A DNA stretch of 64,000 bases from Euglena gracilis (Eukaryota), in contig CP154954.1 of the NCBI GenBank assembly GCA_039621445.1, forward strand, positions 930,001 to 994,000, written 5' to 3'. The position numbers and the translations under genes are program-made. Positions 45,166 through 58,756 of this stretch are shown here, piece after piece; the stretch's first letter is position 1; each line of letters begins with the position of its first letter. The notes below the pieces were generated by a model that saw nothing but the letters and a program-made list of their open reading frames with translations, was not told where the DNA came from and did not search any database.

Positions 45166-45909
45166 TGGAAATGACGAGTTTGATCCTTGCTCAGGGTGAA
45201 CGCTGGCGGTATGCTTAACACATGCAAGTTGAACGAAATTACTAGCAATAGTAATTTAGTGGCGGACGGGTGAGTAATATGTAAGAATCTGCGCTTGGGT
45301 GAGGAATAACAGATGGAAACGTTTGCTAATGCCTCATAATTTACTAGATCTATGTGAGTAGCTAGTTAAAGAGAATTTCGCCTAGGCATGAGCTTGCATC
45401 TGATTAGCTTGTTGGTGAGGTAAAGGCTTACCAAGGCGACGATCAGTAGCTGATTTGAGAGGATGATCAGCCACACTGGGATTGAGAACGGAACAGACTT
45501 TTACGGAAGGCAGCAGTGAGGAATTTTCCGCAATGGGCGCAAGCCTGACGGAGCAATACCGCGTGAAGGAAGAAGGCCTTTGGGTTGTAAACTTCTTTTC
45601 TCAAAGAAGAAGAAATGACGGTATTTGAGGAATAAGCATCGGCTAATTCCGTGCCAGCAGCCGCGGTAATACGGGAGATGCGAGCGTTATCCGGAATTAT
45701 TGGGCGTAAAGAGTTTGTAGGCGGTCAAGTGTGTTTAATGTTAAAAGTCAAAGCTTAACTTTGGAAGGGCATTAAAAACTGCTAGACTTGAGTATGGTAG
45801 GGGTGAAGGGAATTTCCAGTGTAGCGGTGAAATGCGTAGAGATTGGAAAGAACACCAATGGCGAAGGCACTTTTCTAGGCCAATACTGACGCTGAGAAAC
45901 GAAAGCTGA

Positions 45910-45941
<32 letters not shown>

Positions 45942-46034
45942 TTGGCCGTAAACTATGGATACTAAGTGGTGCTGAAAGTGCACTGCTGTAGTTAACACGT
46001 TAAGTATCCCGCCTGGGGAGTACGCTTGCACAAG

Positions 46035-46115
<81 letters not shown>

Positions 46116-46183
46116 AGGATTTGACAGGATCTAGGAGGAAGTTTGAAAGAACGCAGTACCTTCGGGTATCTAGACACAGGTGG

Positions 46184-46235
<52 letters not shown>

Positions 46236-46495
46236 CCTTTTTTTTAATTAACGCTTGTCATTTAGAAATACTGCTGGTTATTACCAGAGGAAGGTGAGGA
46301 CGACGTCAAGTCATCATGCCCCTTATATCCTGGGCTACACACGTGCTACAATGGTTAAGACAATAAGTTGCAATTTTGTGAAAATGAGCTAATCTTAAAA
46401 CTTAGCCTAAGTTCGGATTGTAGGCTGAAACTCGCCTACATGAAGCCGGAATCGCTAGTAATCGCCGGTCAGCTATACGGCGGTGAATACGTTCT

Positions 46496-46532
<37 letters not shown>

Positions 46533-46651
46533 TGGCTGTGCCCGAAGTTATTATCTTGCCTGAAAAGAGGGAAATACCTAAGGCCTGGCTGGTGACTGGG
46601 GTGAAGTCGTAACAAGGTAGCCGTACTGGAAGGTGTGGCTGGAACAACTCC
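45166..46651 (+). rRNA. rrs: 16S rRNA, operon 1 (variant copy with 9-nt deletion)
   Basis: GAGTTTGATCC, GTGCCAGCAGCCGCGGTAA, GAAGTCGTAACAAGG. Confidence 0.97.
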
Positions 46652-46738
46652 CTTTAGTTTTTTAACTAAAAAAATGTATAGATTGAAAACAATGAAAAAT
46701 AAAAAAAATAAGTAGGGAAACCTCTTATTTTTCCAAGA

Positions 46739-46812
46739 GGGCTATTAGCTCAGTTGGTTAGAGCATACCCTTGATAAGGGTAAGGTCGCTAGTTCAAGTC
46801 TAGCATGGCCCT
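46739..46812 (+). tRNA. trnI: tRNA-Ile(GAU), operon 1
   Basis: GGGCTATTAGCTCAG...TTGATAA loop. Confidence 0.96.
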
Positions 46813-46821
46813 CTTGGTTTT

Positions 46822-46894
46822 GGGGGTATAGCTCAGTTGGTAGAGCGCTGCCTTTGCAAGGCAGATGTCAGCGGTTCGAGTCCGCTTATCTCCA
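46822..46894 (+). tRNA. trnA: tRNA-Ala(UGC), operon 1
   Basis: GGGGGTATAGCTCAG...TTTGCAA loop. Confidence 0.96.
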
Positions 46895-46911
46895 AAAAGG
46901 TTTTGATGTAG

Positions 46912-48832
46912 GTTCAAATGAACAAGGGCTTATGCGGGATTGCTTGGCATTTAGAGTCGAAGAAGGGCGTAGAAATTAACGATATGCTTTAGGGAGCTAA
47001 AGACGAGCTTTAATCTAAAGATTCCCGAATGGGGCAACCTATTACTTTAACATTACAATGAAATGGTATACAAATAATGTAGAGAACTTGGTGAACTGAA
47101 ACATCTTAGTAGCCGAAGGAAAAGAAAGCAAAAGCGATTTTCTTATTAGTGGCGAGCTAACGGAAATCAGCCTAAACCTTTATGGGTGTTGTGGGTATAT
47201 TATAATTACTGAAAAAGATAGAGAATTTGTTGAAAACAAAATCAAAGAGGGTTTTAAATCCCGTATTTGTTTTTAAAAAGTAATTTTTGATTTTCCCGAG
47301 TAGCATAGAGCACGTGGAATTCTGTGTGAATCAGCGAGGACCATCTCGTAAGGCTAAATACTCCTAAATGACCGATAGTGTACGAGTACCGTGAGGGAAA
47401 GCTGAAATAGAACACTGAGAAGTGAGTGAAATAGAATATGAAAGCATAAGTTTACAAGCAGTAGGAGATCTATTTAAAGATTGACTGTGTGCCTGTTGAA
47501 GAATGAGCCGGCGACTTATAGGTGATGGCAAGGTTAAGGTTTTTCCGGAGCCATAGTGAAATCGAGCTTAAATAAAGCGAAAAACTTTCTTCTTGAAAGT
47601 TTATGTCATTGCTTATAGACCCGAACCCAGGTGATCTAATCATGGTCAGGTTGAAGTTTTGGTAAAACAGAATGGAGGACCGAACCCACCAATGTTGAAA
47701 AATTGGGGGATGAACTGTGATTAGGGGAGAAATTCCAATCGAACTTGGAGCTAGCTGGATCTCTTCGAAATGCGTTGAGGCGCAGCGTTTAATTATGGTA
47801 AACATTAGGGGTAAAGCACTGTTTCGATGCGGGCTATGAAAATGGTACCAAGTTGTGGCAAACTCTGAATACTAAGTTATATTTCAATTAATCAGTGAGA
47901 CAGTGGGGGATAAGCTTCATTGTCAAGAGGGAAACAGCCCAGATCACTACTTAAGGCCCCTAAATAATTACTAAGTGGTAAAGGATGTACTATTACATAG
48001 ACAACCAGGAGGTTGGCTTAGAAGCAGCCATTCCTTTAAAAAGTGCGTAATAGCTTACTGGTCAAGTGATAGTGCGCCGAAAATGAACGGGACTAAGTAA
48101 TTTGCCGAAGGTGTGAGAGAAATCGGTAGAAGAGCGTTCTGTGTTGAAGAGAAGGAATAGTGAAAATAGTTCTGGATTAAACAGAAGTGAGAATGTCGGC
48201 TTAAGTAACGAAAACATTGGTGAAAATCCTATGCTCCGAAAACCTAAGGTTTCCTTAGCCAGGTTCGTCCTCTAAGGGTTAGTCAGGTCCTAAAATAAGG
48301 TTTAACAACGTAAATTGATGGATGACAGGTTAATATTCCTGTACCGAATGCTCACTTGTAAGGAGTGACGAAAAAGGCTAGATCGGCCACGTGATGGTTT
48401 GTGGTTTAAGGGTTCAAGAGGTATCAAATATTAAAAAAAATATTTTGTCTTAAGGCCTGAATAGTATAAATACTACGGTATTGAAAGTGATTGATGTCAT
48501 GTTTCCAAGAAAAACTTTTGTTTATGTATAGTGAGCTCGCCTGTACCGTAAACTGACACAGGTAGGTTAGTAGAATATACTAAGGAGCGCGAGATAACTC
48601 TTTCTAAGGAACTCGGCAAAATGACTTCGTAACTTCGGAAGAAGAAGTACCTCTAATGAGGTGGCAGAAAAGAGGTCCAAGCGACTGCTTACCAAAAGCA
48701 CAGGTCTCCGCGAAGTTGAAAAACCATGTATGGGGGCCGAGGCCTGCTCAGTGCAGGAAGGTTAAAGAAATTGGTTAGCGTAAGCAAAGCTAGTGACTGA
48801 AGCCCCTGTGAACAGCGGCAATAACTATAATT

Positions 48833-48885
<53 letters not shown>

Positions 48886-49373
48886 TTAACGATTTGGACA
48901 CTGTCTCAGAAAGAGACTCGGTGAAATAGAATTGACTGTGAAGATGCGGTCTACTTGCACTTGGACAGAAAGACCCTATGAAGCTTTACTGTATCCTGAA
49001 ATTGGTTTCGGGCTTTTTTTGCGCAGAATAGGTGGGAGGCTATGATCTTGTCTTTTGGGATACGGGGAGCCGAAAAATGAGATACCACTCTGAGAAAGCT
49101 AGAAATCTAATCTTAATCTTATGTACAATCATGATAATTGACAGTTTCAGGCGGGCAGTTTTACTGGGGCGGTAGCCTCCTAAAAAGTAACGGAGGCGTA
49201 CAAAGGTTTTCTCAGGCTAGACGGAAATTAGTTGTGGAGTGTAAAGGCATAAGAAAGCTTGACTGTGAGACTTATAAGTCAAACAGAGACTAAAGTCGGT
49301 CTTAGTGACCCGACGGTGCTGTATGGAAAGGCCGTCGTAAACAGATAAAAGTTACTCTAGGGATAACAGGCTG

Positions 49374-49433
<60 letters not shown>

Positions 49434-49450
49434 ACCTGGGGCGGTAGTAC

Positions 49451-49485
<35 letters not shown>

Positions 49486-49800
49486 TACGTGAGCTGGGTT
49501 CAGAACGTCGAGAGACAGTTCGGTCCATATCCGGTGTGAGCGTTAGAGTATTGAAAGGCGCTTTCCTTAGTACGAGAGGACCGGGAAGGACGCACCACTG
49601 ATGTACCAGTTTTTGTGCCAACAGAATACGCTGGGTAGTCAAGTGCGGAGTGGATAACTGCTGAAAGCATATAAGTAGGAAGCCCACCTTAAGATAAGTA
49701 CTCTTCATAGGTCACGGTAAGACGAACCGTTTGATAGGTATTAGGTGTACAATTGGTAACAATTTTAGCCGAGATATACTAACCGACCGAAAATTTTTTC
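46912..49800 (+). rRNA. rrl: 23S rRNA, operon 1 (ends approximate)
   Basis: GAACTGAAACATCTTAGTA, GGATAACAGGCTGATC, CACCTCGATGTCGGCTC, AGTACGAGAGGAC. Confidence 0.97.
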
Positions 49801-49876
49801 CTATATGAAAACAAAACATTTATTTTTACTTGTCACTTTTTTAAGATTTAAAAGTTTCTTGAATGAACTTTTATTT

Positions 49877-49992
49877 TAGGGTGCTCTTGTCTTTATGGAT
49901 CCACTTAAAACATTTCGAACTTGCAAGTTAAACATAAAGGGTAAATAGATACTTGAAAGGTTACTTTCCGGGAAAAGATTTTAGTGCCCTTA
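49877..49992 (+). rRNA. rrf: 5S rRNA, operon 1
   Basis: AGGGTGCT/AGTGCCCT terminal stem, CGAAC motif, position after 23S. Confidence 0.88.
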
Positions 49993-50867
49993 TGGGAAGT
50001 TTAATTTATTTAATTGTCTCTTAGTGAGTTTATTTATTAATATTAACTCGATTTTCGAGTAATTTTTATGACTGCCGTTACGTTAGTGTTTTATTGCATG
50101 GATAAATGTATTGTGGTATAATTAAACCAAGGAATTTGTCAAACCACGTTTCCTTTAAGTTTGAATTTTTTTTGGCCAAAACATGATGCTTCCGAAAAAA
50201 TAAGACAATCTGTTTATAGAAATCAGTGAATTTCGTAATATTTTTCTTTTAAAATTTTAAACGATATGAATAATATCCTCGAGTGTTTGGAAAATGACTA
50301 TGTTTCTTCGCTAATATAAAAGATTAATCACAAAATTCAACAAGATAGGTTGAATCATAGTGAGAATATTAGGTAATCTTCTGATAAGAGTTTTATTTTG
50401 TTGTACATTATAGTTATTGCTACTTTGTATTTGGTTCTTTGTGTTATGTGTGTGCTTTTTAGTTGTAAATTTTTTGCTAGTAAGAAGCGTGTCGTTCATT
50501 GTCGATTTGGACGAATATTTATAAAATGCTACAAGAGACCAAAATGTCTTTATACTTCTTATATTGCTGCTGAGTACCCTATATTTTGTGATATTGAAAA
50601 ATATTAAGGTAAGGTTCCTAGACTTTCATACGTAAATGCTCATGCGCACAGTTTAGGTGTTATGCTTTTATCCCTGATCTTGTGAATTCTTTTCATTCAC
50701 AAGAAATAACTTAGCTTAATTCCTAGTGTAAATTTTTCCGTACTTTAACGTGTGGCTGGGACAATTTTTTTATTTTTAATTAAAATACCGTATAAATTTT
50801 AAAAAATAAAAAAATCAAAAGGAAAATTTTTTATTTTTCAAAGATCACTATTATCTTTTATTATTAT

Positions 50868-50995
50868 AGAATACCTTTGATAAGGGTAGGGTCGTGGATT
50901 GAATCCTTGTATTAGCCAAATATTTCTTTTCTTTAAAATCCTAAGGCGTAGGTCTCCAAAACCTGATGTAGTAGGTTCGAATCCTACAAAGCGCG
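50868..50995 (+). pseudogene. rRNA leader 2 with pseudo-trnI and pseudo-trnW fragments
   Basis: ATACCTTTGATAAGGGTAGGGTCG; trnW 3' part at 50942-50995. Confidence 0.8.
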
Positions 50996-51076
50996 CTTTT
51001 AGTGGGCACATTATAGTAAATGTGCCCCTTGCTTGGTCACCAAGAGGGTGAGAGGATTTGACCAACTTTGATGTTT

Positions 51077-51820
51077 TGGAAATGACGAGTTTGATCCTTG
51101 CTCAGGGTGAACGCTGGCGGTATGCTTAACACATGCAAGTTGAACGAAATTACTAGCAATAGTAATTTAGTGGCGGACGGGTGAGTAATATGTAAGAATC
51201 TGCGCTTGGGTGAGGAATAACAGATGGAAACGTTTGCTAATGCCTCATAATTTACTAGATCTATGTGAGTAGCTAGTTAAAGAGAATTTCGCCTAGGCAT
51301 GAGCTTGCATCTGATTAGCTTGTTGGTGAGGTAAAGGCTTACCAAGGCGACGATCAGTAGCTGATTTGAGAGGATGATCAGCCACACTGGGATTGAGAAC
51401 GGAACAGACTTCTACGGAAGGCAGCAGTGAGGAATTTTCCGCAATGGGCGCAAGCCTGACGGAGCAATACCGCGTGAAGGAAGACGGCCTTTGGGTTGTA
51501 AACTTCTTTTCTCAAAGAAGAAGAAATGACGGTATTTGAGGAATAAGCATCGGCTAATTCCGTGCCAGCAGCCGCGGTAATACGGGAGATGCGAGCGTTA
51601 TCCGGAATTATTGGGCGTAAAGAGTTTGTAGGCGGTCAAGTGTGTTTAATGTTAAAAGTCAAAGCTTAACTTTGGAAGGGCATTAAAAACTGCTAGACTT
51701 GAGTATGGTAGGGGTGAAGGGAATTTCCAGTGTAGCGGTGAAATGCGTAGAGATTGGAAAGAACACCAATGGCGAAGGCACTTTTCTAGGCCAATACTGA
51801 CGCTGAGAAACGAAAGCTGA

Positions 51821-51852
<32 letters not shown>

Positions 51853-51945
51853 TTGGCCGTAAACTATGGATACTAAGTGGTGCTGAAAGTGCACTGCTGT
51901 AGTTAACACGTTAAGTATCCCGCCTGGGGAGTACGCTTGCACAAG

Positions 51946-52026
<81 letters not shown>

Positions 52027-52094
52027 AGGATTTGACAGGATCTAGGAGGAAGTTTGAAAGAACGCAGTACCTTCGGGTATCTAGACACAGGTGG

Positions 52095-52159
<65 letters not shown>

Positions 52160-52415
52160 TTTTTTAATTAACGCTTGTCATTTAGAAATACTGCTGGTTA
52201 TTACCGGAGGAAGGTGAGGACGACGTCAAGTCATCATGCCCCTTATATCCTGGGCTACACACGTGCTACAATGGTTAAGACAATAAGTTGCAATTTTGTG
52301 AAAATGAGCTAATCTTAAAACTTAGCCTAAGTTCGGATTGTAGGCTGAAACTCGCCTACATGAAGCCGGAATCGCTAGTAATCGCCGGTCAGCTATACGG
52401 CGGTGAATACGTTCT

Positions 52416-52453
<38 letters not shown>

Positions 52454-52571
52454 GGCTGTGCCCGAAGTTATTATCTTGCCTGAAAAGAGGGAAATACCTA
52501 AGGCCTGGCTGGTGACTGGGGTGAAGTCGTAACAAGGTAGCCGTACTGGAAGGTGTGGCTGGAACAACTCC
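51077..52571 (+). rRNA. rrs: 16S rRNA, operon 2
   Basis: Full copy with intact CGCAACGAGCGCAACCC. Confidence 0.98.
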
Positions 52572-52658
52572 CTTTAGTTTTTTAACTAAAAAAATGTATA
52601 GATTGGAAACAATGAAAAATAAAAAAAATAAGTAGGGAAACCTCTTATTTTTCCAAGA

Positions 52659-52732
52659 GGGCTATTAGCTCAGTTGGTTAGAGCATACCCTTGATAAGGG
52701 TAAGGTCGCTAGTTCAAGTCTAGCATGGCCCT
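52659..52732 (+). tRNA. trnI: tRNA-Ile(GAU), operon 2
   Basis: Same as operon 1 copy. Confidence 0.96.
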
Positions 52733-52741
52733 CTTGGTTTT

Positions 52742-52814
52742 GGGGGTATAGCTCAGTTGGTAGAGCGCTGCCTTTGCAAGGCAGATGTCAGCGGTTCGAG
52801 TCCGCTTATCTCCA
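52742..52814 (+). tRNA. trnA: tRNA-Ala(UGC), operon 2
   Basis: Same as operon 1 copy. Confidence 0.96.
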
Positions 52815-52831
52815 AAAAGGTTTTGATGTAG

Positions 52832-54752
52832 GTTCAAATGAACAAGGGCTTATGCGGGATTGCTTGGCATTTAGAGTCGAAGAAGGGCGTAGAAATTAAC
52901 GATATGCTTTAGGGAGCTAAAGACGAGCTTTAATCTAAAGATTCCCGAATGGGGCAACCTATTACTTTAACATTACAATGAAATGGTATACAAATAATGT
53001 AGAGAACTTGGTGAACTGAAACATCTTAGTAGCCGAAGGAAAAGAAAGCAAAAGCGATTTTCTTATTAGTGGCGAGCTAACGGAAATCAGCCTAAACCTT
53101 TATGGGTGTTGTGGGTATATTATAATTACTGAAAAAGATAGAGAATTTGTTGAAAACAAAATCAAAGAGGGTTTTAAATCCCGTATTTGTTTTTAAAAAG
53201 TAATTTTTGATTTTCCCGAGTAGCATAGAGCACGTGGAATTCTGTGTGAATCAGCGAGGACCATCTCGTAAGGCTAAATACTCCTAAATGACCGATAGTG
53301 TACGAGTACCGTGAGGGAAAGCTGAAATAGAACACTGAGAAGTGAGTGAAATAGAATATGAAAGCATAAGTTTACAAGCAGTAGGAGATCTATTTAAAGA
53401 TTGACTGTGTGCCTGTTGAAGAATGAGCCGGCGACTTATAGGTGATGGCAAGGTTAAGGTTTTTCCGGAGCCATAGTGAAATCGAGCTTAAATAAAGCGA
53501 AAAACTTTCTTCTTGAAAGTTTATGTCATTGCTTATAGACCCGAACCCAGGTGATCTAATCATGGTCAGGTTGAAGTTTTGGTAAAACAGAATGGAGGAC
53601 CGAACCCACCAATGTTGAAAAATTGGGGGATGAACTGTGATTAGGGGAGAAATTCCAATCGAACTTGGAGCTAGCTGGATCTCTTCGAAATGCGTTGAGG
53701 CGCAGCGTTTAATTATGGTAAACATTAGGGGTAAAGCACTGTTTCGATGCGGGCTATGAAAATGGTACCAAGTTGTGGCAAACTCTGAATACTAAGTTAT
53801 ATTTCAATTAATCAGTGAGACAGTGGGGGATAAGCTTCATTGTCAAGAGGGAAGCAGCCCAGATCACTACTTAAGGCCCCTAAATAATTACTAAGTGGTA
53901 AAGGATGTACTATTACATAGACAACCAGGAGGTTGGCTTAGAAGCAGCCATTCCTTTAAAAAGTGCGTAATAGCTTACTGGTCAAGTGATAGTGCGCCGA
54001 AAATGAACGGGACTAAGTAATTTGCCGAAGGTGTGAGAGAAATCGGTAGAAGAGCGTTCTGTGTTGAAGAGAAGGAATAGTGAAAATAGTTCTGGATTAA
54101 ACAGAAGTGAGAATGTCGGCTTAAGTAACGAAAACATTGGTGAAAATCCTATGCTCCGAAAACCTAAGGTTTCCTTAGCCAGGTTCGTCCTCTAAGGGTT
54201 AGTCAGGTCCTAAAATAAGGTTTAACAACGTAAATTGATGGATGACAGGTTAATATTCCTGTACCGAATGCTCACTTGTAAGGAGTGACGAAAAAGGCTA
54301 GATCGGCCACGTGATGGTTTGTGGTTTAAGGGTTCAAGAGGTATCAAATATTAAAAAAAATATTTTGTCTTAAGGCCTGAATAGTATAAATACTACGGTA
54401 TTGAAAGTGATTGATGTCATGTTTCCAAGAAAAACTTTTGTTTATGTATAGTGAGCTCGCCTGTACCGTAAACTGACACAGGTAGGTTAGTAGAATATAC
54501 TAAGGAGCGCGAGATAACTCTTTCTAAGGAACTCGGCAAAATGACTTCGTAACTTCGGAAGAAGAAGTACCTCTAATGAGGTGGCAGAAAAGAGGTCCAA
54601 GCGACTGCTTACCAAAAGCACAGGTCTCCGCGAAGTTGAAAAACGATGTATGGGGGCCGAGGCCTGCTCAGTGCAGGAAGGTTAAAGAAATTGGTTAGCG
54701 TAAGCAAAGCTAGTGACTGAAGCCCCTGTGAACAGCGGCAATAACTATAATT

Positions 54753-54805
<53 letters not shown>

Positions 54806-55293
54806 TTAACGATTTGGACACTGTCTCAGAAAGAGACTCGGTGAAATAGAATTGACTGTGAAGATGCGGTCTACTTGCACTTGGACAGAAAGACCCTATG
54901 AAGCTTTACTGTATCCTGAAATTGGTTTCGGGCTTTTTTTGCGCAGAATAGGTGGGAGGCTATGATCTTGTCTTTTGGGATACGGGGAGCCGAAAAATGA
55001 GATACCACTCTGAGAAAGCTAGAAATCTAATCTTAATCTTATGTACAATCATGATAATTGACAGTTTCAGGTGGGCAGTTTTACTGGGGCGGTAGCCTCC
55101 TAAAAAGTAACGGAGGCGTACAAAGGTTTTCTCAGGCTAGACGGAAATTAGTTGTGGAGTGTAAAGGCATAAGAAAGCTTGACTGTGAGACTTATAAGTC
55201 AAACAGAGACTAAAGTCGGTCTTAGTGACCCGACGGTGCTGTATGGAAAGGCCGTCGTAAACAGATAAAAGTTACTCTAGGGATAACAGGCTG

Positions 55294-55353
<60 letters not shown>

Positions 55354-55370
55354 ACCTGGGGCGGTAGTAC

Positions 55371-55405
<35 letters not shown>

Positions 55406-55720
55406 TACGTGAGCTGGGTTCAGAACGTCGAGAGACAGTTCGGTCCATATCCGGTGTGAGCGTTAGAGTATTGAAAGGCGCTTTCCTTAGTACGAGAGGA
55501 CCGGGAAGGACGCACCACTGATGTACCAGTTTTTGTGCCAACAGAATACGCTGGGTAGTCAAGTGCGGAGTGGATAACTGCTGAAAGCATATAAGTAGGA
55601 AGCCCACCTTAAGATAAGTACTCTTCATAGGTCACGGTAAGACGAACCGTTTGATAGGTATTAGGTGTACAATTGGTAACAATTTTAGCCGAGATATACT
55701 AACCGACCGAAAATTTTTTC
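52832..55720 (+). rRNA. rrl: 23S rRNA, operon 2 (ends approximate)
   Basis: Offset 5920 from operon 1 copy. Confidence 0.97.
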
Positions 55721-55796
55721 CTATATGAAAACAAAACATTTATTTTTACTTGTCACTTTTTTAAGATTTAAAAGTTTCTTGAATGAACTTTTATTT

Positions 55797-55912
55797 TAGG
55801 GTGCTCTTGTCTTTATGGATCCACTTAAAACATTTCGAACTTGCAAGTTAAACATAAAGGGTAAATAGATACTTGAAAGGTTACTTTCCGGGAAAAGATT
55901 TTAGTGCCCTTA
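55797..55912 (+). rRNA. rrf: 5S rRNA, operon 2
   Basis: Same as operon 1 copy. Confidence 0.88.
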
Positions 55913-56787
55913 TGGGAAGTTTAATTTATTTAATTGTCTCTTAGTGAGTTTATTTATTAATATTAACTCGATTTTCGAGTAATTTTTATGACTGCCGTTA
56001 CGTTAGTGTTTTATTGCATGGATAAATGTATTGTGGTATAATTAAACCAAGGAATTTGTCAAACCACGTTTCCTTTAAGTTTGAATTTTTTTTGGCCAAA
56101 ACATGATGCTTCGGAAAAAATAAGACAATCTGTTTATAGAAATCAGTGAATTTCGTAATATTTTTCTTTTAAAATTTTAAACGATATGAATAATATCCTC
56201 GAGTGTTTGGAAAATGACTATGTTTCTTCGCTAATATAAAAGATTAATCACAAAATTCAACAAGATAGGTTGAATCATAGTGAGAATATTAGGTAATCTT
56301 CTGATAAGAGTTTTATTTTGTTGTACATTATAGTTATTGCTACTTTGTATTTGGTTCTTTGTGTTATGTGTGTGCTTTTTAGTTGTAAATCTTTTGCTAG
56401 TAAGAAGCGTGTCGTTCATTGTCGATTTGGACGAATATTTATAAAATGCTACAAGAGACCAAAATGTCTTTATACTTCTTATATTGCTGCTGAGTACCCT
56501 ATATTTTGTGATATTGAAAAATATTAAGGTAAGGTTCCTAGACTTTCATACGTAAATGCTCATGCGCACAGTTTAGGTGTTATGCTTTTACCCCTGATCT
56601 TGTGAATTCTTTTCATTCACAAGAAATAACTTAGCTTAATTCCTAGTGTAAATTTTTCCGTACTTTAACGTGTGGCTGGGACAATTTTTTTATTTTTAAT
56701 TAAAATACCGTATAAATTTTAAAAAATAAAAAAATCAAAAGGAAAATTTTTTATTTTTCAAAGATCACTATTATCTTTTATTATTAT

Positions 56788-56915
56788 AGAATACCTTTGA
56801 TAAGGGTAGGGTCGTGGATTGAATCCTTGTATTAGCCAAATATTTCTTTTCTTTAAAATCCTAAGGCGTAGGTCTCCAAAACCTGATGTAGTAGGTTCGA
56901 ATCCTACAAAGCGCG
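56788..56915 (+). pseudogene. rRNA leader 3 with pseudo-trnI and pseudo-trnW fragments
   Basis: Same as leader 2. Confidence 0.8.
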
Positions 56916-56996
56916 CTTTTAGTGTACACATTATAGTAAATGTGCCCCTTGCTTGGTCACCAAGAGGGTGAGAGGATTTGACCAACTTTGATGTTT

Positions 56997-57745
56997 TGGA
57001 AATGACGAGTTTGATCCTTGCTCAGGGTGAACGCTGGCGGTATGCTTAACACATGCAAGTTGAACGAAATTACTAGCAATAGTAATTTAGTGGCGGACGG
57101 GTGAGTAATATGTAAGAATCTGCGCTTGGGCGAGGAATAACAGATGGAAACGTTTGCTAATGCCTCATAATTTACTAGATCTATGTGAGTAGCTAGTTAA
57201 AGAGAATTTCGCCTAGGCATGAGCTTGCATCTGATTAGCTTGTTGGTGAGGTAAAGGCTTACCAAGGCGACGATCAGTAGCTGATTTGAGAGGATGATCA
57301 GCCACACTGGGATTGAGAACGGAACAGACTTCTACGGAAGGCAGCAGTGAGGAATTTTCCGCAATGGGCGCAAGCCTGACGGAGCAATACCGCGTGAAGG
57401 AAGACGGCCTTTGGGTTGTAAACTTCTTTTCTCAAAGAAGAAGAAATGACGGTATTTGAGGAATAAGCATCGGCTAATTCCGTGCCAGCAGCCGCGGTAA
57501 TACGGGAGATGCGAGCGTTATCCGGAATTATTGGGCGTAAAGAGTTTGTAGGCGGTCAAGTGTGTTTAATGTTAAAAGTCAAAGCTTAACTTTGGAAGGG
57601 CATTAAAAACTGCTAGACTTGAGTATGGTAGGGGTGAAGGGAATTTCCAGTGTAGCGGTGAAATGAAATGCGTAGAGATTGGAAAGAACACCAATGGCGA
57701 AGGCACTTTTCTAGGCCAATACTGACGCTGAGAAACGAAAGCTGA

Positions 57746-57777
<32 letters not shown>

Positions 57778-57870
57778 TTGGCCGTAAACTATGGATACTA
57801 AGTGGTGCTGAAAGTGCACTGCTGTAGTTAACACGTTAAGTATCCCGCCTGGGGAGTACGCTTGCACAAG

Positions 57871-57951
<81 letters not shown>

Positions 57952-58019
57952 AGGATTTGACAGGATCTAGGAGGAAGTTTGAAAGAACGCAGTACCTTCG
58001 GGTATCTAGACACAGGTGG

Positions 58020-58084
<65 letters not shown>

Positions 58085-58340
58085 TTTTTTAATTAACGCT
58101 TGTCATTTAGAAATACTGCTGGTTATTACCGGAGGAAGGTGAGGACGACGTCAAGTCATCATGCCCCTTATATCCTGGGCTACACACGTGCTACAATGGT
58201 TAAGACAATAAGTTGCAATTTTGTGAAAATGAGCTAATCTTAAAACTTAGCCTAAGTTCGGATTGTAGGCTGAAACTCGCCTACATGAAGCCGGAATCGC
58301 TAGTAATCGCCGGTCAGCTATACGGCGGTGAATACGTTCT

Positions 58341-58378
<38 letters not shown>

Positions 58379-58496
58379 GGCTGTGCCCGAAGTTATTATC
58401 TTGCCTGAAAAGAGGGAAATACCTAAGGCCTGGCTGGTGACTGGGGTGAAGTCGTAACAAGGTAGCCGTACTGGAAGGTGTGGCTGGAACAACTCC
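56997..58496 (+). rRNA. rrs: 16S rRNA, operon 3 (5-nt AAATG duplication at ~57661-57670)
   Basis: Conserved 16S motifs. Confidence 0.97.
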
Positions 58497-58583
58497 CTTT
58501 AGTTTTTTAACTAAAAAAATGTATAGATTGGAAACAATGAAAAATAAAAAAAATAAGTAGGGAAACCTCTTATTTTTCCAAGA

Positions 58584-58657
58584 GGGCTATTAGCTCAGTT
58601 GGTTAGAGCATACCCTTGATAAGGGTAAGGTCGCTAGTTCAAGTCTAGCATGGCCCT
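58584..58657 (+). tRNA. trnI: tRNA-Ile(GAU), operon 3
   Basis: Same as other copies. Confidence 0.96.
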
Positions 58658-58666
58658 CTTGGTTTT

Positions 58667-58739
58667 GGGGGTATAGCTCAGTTGGTAGAGCGCTGCCTTT
58701 GCAAGGCAGATGTCAGCGGTTCGAGTCCGCTTATCTCCA
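58667..58739 (+). tRNA. trnA: tRNA-Ala(UGC), operon 3
   Basis: Same as other copies. Confidence 0.96.
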
Positions 58740-58756
58740 AAAAGGTTTTGATGTAG

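Noticed and set aside
50311-50607. 62-aa and 69-aa ORFs in the inter-operon spacer (repeated at 56231-56527)
   Set aside because: Short, non-ATG or motif-less; identity between copies reflects the rDNA repeat
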